From an uncultured Thermoleophilia bacterium (GTDB lineage: Bacteria > Actinomycetota > Thermoleophilia > UBA2241), in contig CAVQSP010000013.1 of assembly GCA_963715985.1 (NCBI GenBank), positions 96,001-160,000 of the forward strand: a DNA stretch of 64,000 bases, written 5' to 3'. Position numbers and translations under genes: made by a program. Under the pieces are notes generated by a model. That model saw only the letters and a program-made list of their open reading frames with translations. It was not told the origin of the DNA and searched no databases. Below, piece after piece: positions 30,653-40,283 of the stretch (its first letter is position 1; every line of letters starts with the position of its first letter).

Positions 30653-32064
30653 ATGGCTGAGAAACCGTTCATCCACCCCTACATCCCCAACTCGGTGCCC
30701 GCCACCAAACGGGCGATGCTCGACGAGCTCGGGCTGAGCAGCGTCGAGGAGATCTACGCGGAGATCCCCGACCGCCTGCGCTTCAAGGGCACCCTGGACA
30801 TCCCGCCGGCGATCCTCGTCGGAGCGCGAGCTGCGCAAGCACGTCCAGGGCCTGCTCGACAAGAACACCTCGAGCGTCGACTTCCTGAACTTCTGCGGCG
30901 CCGGTTGCTGGCAGCACCACGTGCCCGCCGTGGTCGACGAGATCATCAACCGGGCCGAGTTCGTCAGCGCGTACTGCGGCGGCGACTACAGCGACCTCGG
31001 CAAGTACCTCACGCGCTACGAGTTCAACAGCATGCTCGGCGAGCTGCTGGACCTGGACGGCGTGGCCAACCCCATCTACGACTGGGGCGACGTGGCCGGG
31101 CGCTCGTTCCGCATGGCCCGGCGCATCACCGGCCGCGACAAGGTGCTCGTACCCGCGCACATGAGCCCTATGCGGCTGATGGAGGCGCGCACGCTCTGCC
31201 AGCCGGAGTCGATGGCGAACAGCACCAAGATCCGCTTCTACGAGTGGGACCGCGAGACCGGCATGGTGGACCTCGAAGACCTCAAGGCCAAGCTGGACGG
31301 CTCATTCGCCGCCGTGTACTGGGAGAGCCCCGGCTACCTCGGCACGATCGAGGCCAATGGCGCCGAGATCGTGAAGCTCGCCCACTCGGTGGGCGCCCTC
31401 GCCATCAGCGGCGTGGACCCCATCACCCTCGGTGTGCTCGCGCCGCCCGGCCAGCTCGGCGCCGACATCGCCTGCGGCGACATCCAGCCGCTGGGCATGC
31501 ACATGCACGCCGGCGGCGGCTGCTCGGGCTTCATCGGCTTCCGCGACGACGACCCGGTGTTCGCCCAGGAGTGCCCGCTGGAGCTCTACACCGTGATGGA
31601 GACAAAGACCCCGGGCCAGTACGCGGTGGGCGAGGCGCTACCCGACCGCACGAGCTACGGCGCCCGCGACCAGGGCAAGGACTGGGTCGGCACGGCGTCG
31701 GGGCTGTGGACCATCGCCGCCGCCGTGTACATGGCGCTGATGGGTCCGCAGGGCTTCAAGGAGGTCGGCGAGACCTGCATCGCGCGCTCGCACTACGCGG
31801 CCAGGAGGCTCGGCGAGCTGCCCGGCGTGGAGATCAAGCTCTCCCCGAGCTTCTTCAAGGAGTTCGTCGTGAACTTCGACGGCGCCGGCACGAGCGTGGC
31901 CGAGGTCAACGATGCGCTGCTCGACTACTGCATCTTCGGCGGCAAGGACCTCTCGACGGAGTTCCCCGAGCTCGGCCAGAGCGCGCTCTTCTGCGTCACC
32001 GAGTACTACGACCAGGCCGACATCGACGCGTTGGTCGTCGGCGGTCAAGGAGGTGACGGCATGA
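30653..32064 (+). CDS. gcvPA: Glycine-decarboxylase P-protein subunit 1-like (divergent); frameshifts near 30820 and 32040
   Basis: HPYIPNS...MLDELG, FCGAGCWQHHVPAVVDEI, GDIQPLG, FKEFVV; a corrected end AVKEVTA* overlaps the gcvPB ATG (ATGA 32061-32064). Confidence 0.8.
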
Positions 32065-33720
32065 ATAGCGACCGTGGGCAGGCTATCGAGGGGGGCGCCG
32101 AAGGTGCACCGCTCCGCGTGGAGACACCTCAGGACAAGGTCGCCCGTCTGGCCCGTCTGCGCCGCGACGGGGGCGTGCTGCGCGACTACCGGGCCCCGCG
32201 CTGGGACGAGCCGTTCATCATGGAACAGGGGACGCCCGGCGAGCGCGGCATCTGCGTGCCGCTCGCCGAAGCAGGCGTGACCGCCGAGGTGGGCGCGGCG
32301 GCCGACTACATCCCCGAGGGGATGGCCCGCGCCGCCGCCCCCGAGCTGCCCGAGATGGCGCAGTACCAGGTCATGCGCCACTACCTGCGCTACGCGCAGA
32401 TGACGCTGGGCATGGACTTCGGCAGCGACATCAGCGAGGGCACCTGCACGATGAAGTACTCGCCCAAGATGCACGAGGAGCTCATCCGCGGCCACAGGGC
32501 GGCGGACGTGCACCCGTGGCAGGACGAGGACACCATGCAGGGGCTCCTCGAGATCGTCTACGAGACCGGGCAGTACCTGAAGTCCATCAGCGGCATGGAC
32601 GCCTTCACGCTGCAGCCCGGCGGCGGCTCCCACGCCGTGTTCACCAACGCCTGCGTGATGCGCCGCTACTTCGAGGCCAGGGGCGAGCTCGACCAGCGCA
32701 CCGAGATGATCACGACGATCTTCTCGCACCCGTGCGACGCGGCCACGCCCATGGTCGCCGGCTTCAAGGTCATCACCGTGATGCCCGACGAGAACGGCTA
32801 CCCGGACCTCGAGGCCTTCCGCGCGGCCGTCAGCGAGAAGACCGTGGGCTGCATGATCACCAACCCCGAGGACACCGGCATCTACAACCCGCAGATCGAC
32901 AAGTACGTGGAGATCCTGCACGACGCCGGCGCCCTTGCCTTCACCGACCAGGCCAACGCCAACGGCATCCTCGGCTTCGCGCGCGCCCGCGACGCCGGCT
33001 TCGACGCCTGCCACTTCAACCTGCACAAGACGTTCTCGAGCCCGCACGGCTGCGAGGGTCCGGCCACCGGCGCCTACCTGTGCACCGACGAGTTGGCGCC
33101 GTACCTGCCGGTGCCGGTCGTCACGAAGGAAGGGGACAGGTACCACCTCGACTACGACCGGCCCGAGAGCATCGGCCGCGTGCGCGGCTTCCTCGGCAAC
33201 TGGATGGGCGTCATCCGCGCCTACGCCTGGATCCGCAGCATGGGTCCCGAGGGCCTCAAGGAGGTCGCCGAGATCAGCGTGCTCAACAACAACTACCTCG
33301 ACAACCTGCTGATGGCCGTCAAGGGCGTCAGCCGGCCGTACGCCGAGGGCCACCGCCGGCTCGACCAGGTGCGCTACAGCCTGGAGGACCTCAAGGAGGA
33401 CACGGGCGTCGGCACCGAGGCGCTGCGCGACCGCATGGTCGACTTCGGCATCCAGAGCTGCTGGATGAGCCACCACCCCTGGGTGGTGCCCGAGCCGTTC
33501 ACGCCCGAGCCCTGCGAGACCTACAGCAAGGCCGACCTCGACGAGTGGGCGGCGGTGATCAAGAAGGGCAGTCGACGAGGCCTACGCCGACGCGCAGTTC
33601 GTGCTGGACTCGCCGCACGCGCAGCCGATCGACCAGATGACGCGCACCGAAGCCATGGAGGACCCCGAGCAGTGGGCCTTCACGTGGCGCAAGTACAAGA
33701 GGAAGTTCCTGAAGGACTGA
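32061..33720 (+). CDS. gcvPB: Glycine-decarboxylase P-protein subunit 2-like (divergent); frameshift near 33570
   Basis: RBS AGGAGG; GTCTMKYSPK, TLQPGGG, MITNPEDTG, HFNLHKTFSSPHG (PLP lysine); natural end WAFTWRKYKRKFLKD* at 33720. Confidence 0.85.
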
Positions 33721-33728
33721 TGTGCCGA

Positions 33729-33767
33729 GGGGCGGGGCGGCGGCCTGAGGGCCGCCGCCCCGCCCCC
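33729..33767 (+). terminator. Hairpin GGGGCGGGGCGGCGGCC-TGAG-GGCCGCCGCCCCGCCCC
   Basis: 17-bp stem just after the gcvPB stop. Confidence 0.75.
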
Positions 33768-33785
33768 AGACGAGGAGAAGCTCAT

Positions 33786-34274
33786 ATGCGCCAGGACCTC
33801 AGCGTCGGCCAGCGCGTGCTGCGCTCGGTCGGCCTGACCATCATGCTGATGACCGCTGTCTTCTTCGGCATGCTCACCGTCTCATACAGCACGGCCAAGT
33901 ACGCCGAGGGCTGGCGGCAGGCGCTGATCGTCCTCTCGCTGGTACTCGCCGTCGTGGCCACCCTGGCCATGCTCGCCGACTCGTTCGACCTGTGGATGCT
34001 CGGCCGCCGCATCACGGCCTTCAGCGTGCGCATGGTCCATTCGCTCGTGTTCGTGAGCGTGTTGGCGGCCGTCGTGCTCAGCCTGGTGACGCGCACGTCG
34101 GGACTGCTGCTCGTTCTGACGCCCACGCTCGTCCTCTACCTGTTCACGGTGGTCAAGCCGCCGGCCCGCGCGGGCTCCGGCTCCAGGGCCGCGCCACGGT
34201 CCGGGGCTCGAGCCCCGGGAGGGTCGCGGTCGCAGCCGGGACGCCAGAGGCGTGGCGGCAAGAAGCGCAAGTGA
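33786..34274 (+). CDS. Hypothetical 4-TM membrane protein with basic C-terminal tail
   Basis: RBS GAGGAG, ATG 33786; hydrophobic helices; GTGA overlap with the next gene. Confidence 0.75.
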   Translation: MRQDLSVGQRVLRSVGLTIMLMTAVFFGMLTVSYSTAKYAEGWRQALIVLSLVLAVVATLAMLADSFDLWMLGRRITAFSVRMVHSLVFVSVLAAVVLSLVTRTSGLLLVLTPTLVLYLFTVVKPPARAGSGSRAAPRSGARAPGGSRSQPGRQRRGGKKRK

Positions 34275-35528
34275 ACACCGCCGCGCCGGATACCCCGGGC
34301 GGCGCCCAGGACACGGCCGCGGAGACCGGGGCGAGGAAGCTCGGCCTCATCGTCAATCCCGTGGCCGGGGTCGGCGGCCGCGTCGGACTCAAGGGCAGCG
34401 ACGGCGCCGAGGTGCTACGGTCCGCGCTCGAGCGCGGCGCCGTGCGCGAGGCGCCACGCCGCGCGCGCCTGGCGCTCGCGCGCCTGGCCCGCCTGCGCGA
34501 CTCCATCGAGCTGCTCACGTGGCCCGGCGAGATGGGGGAGGACGAGGCCCGCGCGGCCGGCTTCGAGCCGCGTCGTACTGGGCTCCTTCGAGGGGCGCCG
34601 GTCGTACGTGCAGTGCGAGCTCGAACGCGTCGCCGGGGAGCCGCCCGCCATCCGCTGTGACGACTTCGTACTGACCACGCCGGACGACACCGAGCAGGCG
34701 GCACGCGACCTGCTCGCCGCCGGCGTCGACCTCATCCTCTTCGCCGGCGGCGACGGCACGGCGCGCAACATCTGCAACGCCGTCGGCGACCGCGTGCCCG
34801 TGATCGGCGTGCCGGCCGGCGTCAAGATCCACTCCGCCGTGTACGCCACGAGCCCTGCCGCCGCCGGCGACGTGGTCGCGCTCTACCTGCACGACCGGCC
34901 CGCGGGCGTGCGCCTGCGCGAGGGCGAGGTCATGGACATCGACGAGGACGCCTTCCGCGAGGACCGCGTCTCCGCGCACCTCTACGGCTACATGGCCGTG
35001 CCCTACGCGCGGGGCCTCACGCAGAGCGCCAAGGCCGGCGGCGTGGCCGGGGAGGAGCGCGCCCTCAACGACGTGGCCGCGGACGTCATCCGCGACATGC
35101 GCCCCGGCGTCCTGTACATCCTCGGTCCCGGGACGACCACGCGCACGGTGATGGAGCGCCTCGGTCTGGCCAAGACGCTGCTCGGCGTGGACGCCGTGCG
35201 CGACGGCCGGCCGGCCGGCGCCGACCTCACGGAGGAGGGGCTGCTGGCTCTGCTCGACGGTGCCCCGGAAGCCCACGTCATCGTCACCGTCATCGGCGGT
35301 CAGGGGCACATCTTCGGGCGCGGCAACCAGCAGATCAGCCCGGCCGTGCTGCGCCGGGTCGGCGAGGGCGGCGTCACTGTCATCGCCACGCAGACCAAGC
35401 TGCTCAGCCTGGAGGGCCGCCCGCTGCTCGTGGACACCGGCGACCCGGACCTGGACCGCGAGCTCGCCGGGTACGTCAAGGTCGTCACCGGCCTCGGCGA
35501 GCGCACCATGTACAAGGTCGGCGCCTGA
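34271..35528 (+). CDS. ATP-NAD kinase family protein (COG3199/AcoX-like); frameshift near 34575
   Basis: GLIVNPVAGVGGRVGLKGSDG, FAGGDGTAR, GVPAGVKIHSAVYA, GGQGHIFGRGNQQISP, VDTGD. Confidence 0.85.
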
Positions 35529-35651
35529 GCGGAGCGGAGTCGCTTGCCTAGACGCACGTTCCACCACGTGTAGACGCGCGTTCCATCGTGCCTGCCTCCT
35601 CGTTGTCCGACTCTCCTAGTGACCAGAGAGCGGACCTCCATGGGAGGCACC

Positions 35652-36729
35652 ATGAAGACTGACTGGGCGGCGATGCTCATGGCGGACGAAGGTCCGGACC
35701 CGCTGGGGCTGGGCGAGTCGTTCTGGATGGTGCCGCAGCTCCCCTACGAGGTGGCGCAGCGGGTGAACACCGTCTTCGAGGTCCTCTCGCACCTGCCCCT
35801 CAAGCAGCCCGTGGTCGTCGTCTCCGACGTGGGCCGCACGATGGCCGTCAACGCGCCGCTGCTGGAGCTCGCCGGCGGCGAACCGGGCGACTACATCGGG
35901 CGACAGTGGTCGGCGGCGATGCCGGCCTGGCCCGAGCGCGCGCGTGGCTTCCGCCGCGCGGGCACACAGGTCTTCGAGGAATACATGGCCCGCTCGGGCG
36001 CCGATCCGCTCTGGGTGCGCGTCTCCTTCGGGCCCGTCCTGCAGCGCGGCGAAGAGCGCGCCATAGCGTACGTCCTCTTCATCACCAGGCCTGACGCGGA
36101 GACCATCGACCACGACGAGGTCCGGCGGCTGCGCAAGAGCCTCGAGCTGCTCGCCGAGATCCAGGCGGACTACGTGGTGGAGATCGACGCGGACGGCCTC
36201 ATGACCTTCGTGAGCCCCTCCTTCTGCCGCGCGGTCGGCGCGACCGAGTGGGAGCTGGTCGGTCACCCGTTCCTGGCGCGCGTGCACGTCGAGGATCGTG
36301 ACGCGGCCGACTCCGCCCTCGCGGAGGCGCGCCGGCCGCCGTTCTCCGGCGAGGTGCGCGCCCGCCTTGCGGCGGACGCCGGAACCCGCGTCGTCTGGCA
36401 AGTGGACGCCGTCATCGGCGCCGGGTTCTGCGGGCTCGATCTCGTCGGGCGCGTGCAGGAGGGCGATGGCTCGCGCCTCCTGGGCCGCCCCGCGGCCGGC
36501 GGTCGCGTCCGCGCCGCAGCCCGGCGGCCCTGCGCCCCTCGACCCGCGCCTGGACGCCGTCCGTGCGCACCTGGAGGCGCTCGTACCCGGCGACCGCGCG
36601 TCGCTGCTCGAGCTGGCTCGCGCCGTGGCCGCCGCCGCCGGTGCCGAGTGCGTGCTGTACGACGTGCTCGAGGGCGACACCGTCGAGGCGGCGGTGGGCT
36701 GGCGGCTGCCGCCGGCCGAAGAGGCCTAA
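35652..36729 (+). CDS. PAS-domain sensory protein without output domain; frameshift near 36480
   Basis: RBS GGAGG; two PAS-like segments (VNAPLLELAG; DADGLMTFVSPSFCRAVG...VHVEDR); tail in ORF 36298..36729. Confidence 0.6.
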
Positions 36730-36747
36730 ACCTTCACGGTTGCGAAC

Positions 36748-36782
36748 TTGGCACTGGAAATCGGTGCCAAATCTTATACAAT
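36748..36782 (+). promoter_or_regulatory. Palindrome TTGGCAC-N9-GTGCCAA over the -35 region, plus -10 TACAAT
   Basis: IR at 36748-36770, TACAAT at 36777-36782, in a locally AT-rich intergenic stretch. Confidence 0.6.
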
Positions 36783-36893
36783 GTGCTTCACCAGTGCCTG
36801 TGGAGGTAGCCGTCTGCCCCCACGCCCCAGCGCCGGGGGCGTGCGGGTGCCTCCGCCGGCGAGCATCCGGGGCGCCAAGGAGTGAAGCACACC

Positions 36894-38198
36894 ATGAAGG
36901 CTCTCATCGTCGGTACCGGCGGGGTCGGCGAGTCCATGGCCCAGATCGCGAAGCGTCGCGACCCCAAGGGCGAGTGGCTCGAGAAAGTGGTGCTCGCAGA
37001 CTACGACCTCACCAAGGCCCAGGCCGCGGCGGACAAGCTCAAGGACCCGCGCTTCGTGCCCGAGAAGGTGGACGCCGGCGACGTGGACAACGTCGTCGCC
37101 CTCGCCACGGGCCTCAATGTGGACATCATCTGCAACCTCTGCGCGCCTGAGTACAACCCCACGCTGCTGCGGGCCGCGATCAAGGCCGGCACGCACTACC
37201 TGGACACGGCGATGACGGTGTCGGAGCCGGACCCGGCCGGCCGCATCGGCCCGACCCATGTCAAGCTCGGCGACAAGCAGTTCCCGCTCGGCGCGGAGTT
37301 CGAGAAGACCGGCAAGCTGGCGCTCTCCGGCTTCGGCGTCGAGCCCGGCATGGCCGACTACTTCGCGCGCTACGCCGCCGACCACTACTTCGACGAGATC
37401 GAGGAGATCGGCATCCGTGACGGCTCCAACCTCGAGATCCCCGGCGCCAAGGGTATCGCCTTCGGCTTCTCCATCTGGACCACCATCGAGGAGTGCACGC
37501 AGCCGGCCATCATCTGGGAGAAGGACAAGGGCTGGTACACGGTGGAGCCGTTCGCCGAGCTGGAGACGTTCTTCCTGCCCGAGGGCATCGGCGAGGTCGA
37601 GGTGGCGCACGTGGAGCACGAGGAGGTCATCTGCCTGGGCCGCTCCGAGAGCCTTCTCAAGGGCAACAAGAAGGCGACCTTCAAGTACGCGCTCGGGGAC
37701 GAGTTCATGGAGGCCATGGAGATCTTCAAGTCCGTGAACATGGACAAGAAGGAGCCCATCAAGGTGAAGGGCGTCGAGGTGGCGCCGCGCGACGTGATCG
37801 CCGCGGCCGCTCCCGACCCCAACGAGATCGGCAAGAAGTACGTGGGCCAGACTGCCGCCGGCACCTGGGTGCGCGGCAAGAAGGACGGCATGGTCCGCGA
37901 GGTCTACCTGTACCAGATCGCCGACAACCAGGAGTGCGTGCAGAAATACGGCACCCAGGTGGTCGTCGCCCAGACCGCCTTCACGCCGGTCATCACGCTC
38001 GAGCTCCTCGCCACCGGCAAGTTGCAGGGCTACAAGGGCAACCCGGAGGCCGGCGTGCACGTGCCCGAGGAGTTCTCGGCCGACGACTACGTGAGCCTGA
38101 TGGAGGCCTACGAGTTCCCCGGCGGGCTCATGGAGATGGATTCCGAGTACAAGCGGCACCAGGACCACCAGGGTCTCACGGCGCCGCTCGGCAAGTAG
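36894..38198 (+). CDS. Saccharopine dehydrogenase / carboxy(nor)spermidine dehydrogenase-like oxidoreductase
   Basis: Rossmann IVGTGGVG, HYLDTA, GFGVEPG, IGIRDG, FSIWTTIEEC, VEHEEV. Confidence 0.85.
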   Translation: MKALIVGTGGVGESMAQIAKRRDPKGEWLEKVVLADYDLTKAQAAADKLKDPRFVPEKVDAGDVDNVVALATGLNVDIICNLCAPEYNPTLLRAAIKAGTHYLDTAMTVSEPDPAGRIGPTHVKLGDKQFPLGAEFEKTGKLALSGFGVEPGMADYFARYAADHYFDEIEEIGIRDGSNLEIPGAKGIAFGFSIWTTIEECTQPAIIWEKDKGWYTVEPFAELETFFLPEGIGEVEVAHVEHEEVICLGRSESLLKGNKKATFKYALGDEFMEAMEIFKSVNMDKKEPIKVKGVEVAPRDVIAAAAPDPNEIGKKYVGQTAAGTWVRGKKDGMVREVYLYQIADNQECVQKYGTQVVVAQTAFTPVITLELLATGKLQGYKGNPEAGVHVPEEFSADDYVSLMEAYEFPGGLMEMDSEYKRHQDHQGLTAPLGK

Positions 38199-38233
38199 CG
38201 CCCGGCGAAGGGCGCCGGAAGCACGGCGCAGTC

Positions 38234-38277
38234 TGACGCGGCCGGCTGCCCCACATGCGGGGCAGCCGGCCGCGTCA
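38234..38277 (+). terminator. 19-bp perfect hairpin TGACGCGGCCGGCTGCCCC-N6-GGGGCAGCCGGCCGCGTCA
   Basis: Inverted repeat 35 nt after stop 38198. Confidence 0.75.
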
Positions 38278-38429
38278 CGTTCGCGCCCGTCCCGGCCCGG
38301 CGGCGCTATACTCTGGTTTCGTCGTGGGCCCGCCCGGCCGGCGCAGGCGGGCCCTGTGCGCCGACGACCAGGCACGCATCGGAGGCGGGGGCCGCAGGCC
38401 GCCGCGGGCTTCGCGCAAGGGAGGCGGGC

Positions 38430-40282
38430 ATGGCACTCCGCGTTCTCGACTGGGGGCGGCGCGCGCAGGCTGCGTCGTCGCGCGCTGGTGCTCCTGGCCG
38501 CCGGCATCCTCGCCGCCGGTCTCGTCTGGGGTCTGGGTGCCGCCCTTGCGGCGGACCCCAGCGCGTCGCCGGCGGGCGGCAAGGTCGTCCTGCGCGTCGG
38601 CTGGACCAACGACCCCGACAACCTCAACCCCTTCATCGGGGCCGAGACGTCGTCGTACGAGATCTGGCTGCTCAACTACGACTTCCTCACCGGCTACTCG
38701 CTCGACCTCGAGCCCACCCCCGACCTCGCCACCTCCTGGGAGACCTCCACGGACGGCAAGGTGTGGACCTTCCACCTGCGCGAGGGCGTGAAGTGGCAGG
38801 ACGGCGAGCCGTTCACGGCCGCCGACGTCGCCTTCACGTACAACTACATCATCGAGAACCAGATGGGCGCCTACTCCAGCCTCACCAAGTACATCGAGGA
38901 GGCGGTGGCGGTGGACGATCTCACCGTGGAGATCCGCTGCAGCCGGCCCAAGGCCAACATGATCCGCACGTGGATCCCCATCCTGCCCGAGCACATCTGG
39001 AGCAAGGTCAGCCCCAAGGCGGCCGGGGCGTCGTACCAGAACAAGCCGCCGATCGTCGGCACCGGACCCTTCCAGGTCACTGAGGTGAAGAAGGGCGACT
39101 ACGTGAAGATGGTCGCCAATCCCACGTTCTGGGGCCAGAAGCCCACGATCGACGAGATCCTCTTCGTCAGCTACCAGAATCCGGACACGATGGCGCAGGA
39201 CCTGATCGGAGGCAGTCTCGACGCCGCCTGGGGCATCCCGTCCGCGCAGTTCGGCAAGCTGGAGGCGGCAGAGGGCATGGAGGCCATCTCGTACAACCTT
39301 CTGACGTGGGACTACCTCTCGATGAACTGCTACGAGGGCACGAGCCGCGGCAACCCTGTGCTCAAGGACGTCGCCTTCCGCCAGGCGCTCAACTGGGCCA
39401 TCGACCGGCAGCGCATCGTCGACCTGGCCTGGGCGGGCAGGGGCAAGCCTGGTTCGACGATCATGACGCCGGACTCGTGGGTGGACCCCGACTACCACTA
39501 TCAGCCGCCGCCCGACCAGCAGTACGCCTTTGACCCGCTGAAGGCCAAGCAGCTACTCGACGACGCCGGCTACCGGGACGCGAACGGCGACGGCGTCCGC
39601 GAGGACAAGAGCGGCAAGCCCATCAAGCTGCGCCTCTGGGCGCGCGCCGAATCGCCGGAGAGCCAGAAGACGGGCAGCCTGCTCACCGGCTGGTTCCGCG
39701 ACCTGGGCCTGCAGATCCAGTACCAGGTCATGGACGACGGCATCTACTACGACAGCATCTGGGGCTACCAGGGCGACACCTTCAGCCCCGACTTCGACAT
39801 GTACCTGTGGGACTTCGACGGCTACGCGGACCCGGGGGACACACTGGCCAGCTTCACCACGGCGCAGATCGAGAACTGGAACGAGCCGGCCTGGTCTGAC
39901 CCTGACTTCGACAAGGCTGTGGACGCGGCCAACACCACCATCGACCCTGAGGCGCGCAAGGACCCGGTCTGGCGGGCCCAGGAGATCATGTACGCGCAGT
40001 CGCCGGAGATCGTCATCGACTACCCGCAGAAGCTCGAGGCGATCGACACCTCGCGCTGGGACGGCTGGGCGCGCATGTACGGCGGCGCCGGCGCGGCCTT
40101 CTACACGAGCTACGTGCGCGACAGCTACCTGGATCTCAAGCCCAAGGCGGCGGCCGAGGGCGGGACGGGCGCGGCCGCGTCCACGACCCTGTGGATCACG
40201 GCCGGCGTGGTGGCGGCGCTCGCGGTGGCCGTGGTGGTGCTGCTCCTGAGGCGGCGCCGCGACGGCCGCCGAGGAGGAGTGA
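38430..40282 (+). CDS. ABC substrate-binding protein family 5 with signal peptide and C-terminal TM anchor; probable indels near 38455 and 40260
   Basis: Body in ORF 38356..40335 (PDLATSWE, WTFHLREGVKWQDG, GTGPF, FRQALNWAIDR); RBS GGAGG plus ATG 38430 is out of frame; probable end ..AEEE* at 40282. Confidence 0.8.
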
Positions 40283-40283
40283 G

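Noticed and set aside
30921-34274. 1117-aa ORF appearing to fuse GcvPA, GcvPB and a membrane protein
   Set aside because: Indel artefact: gcvPB has its own AGGAGG RBS and ATGA overlap at 32061, a natural stop at 33720 in another frame, then a terminator hairpin and a new RBS/ATG at 33786.
36748-36770. TTGGCAC as a sigma54 -24 element
   Set aside because: No TTGC at the -12 position on either strand; the palindromic form fits an operator better.
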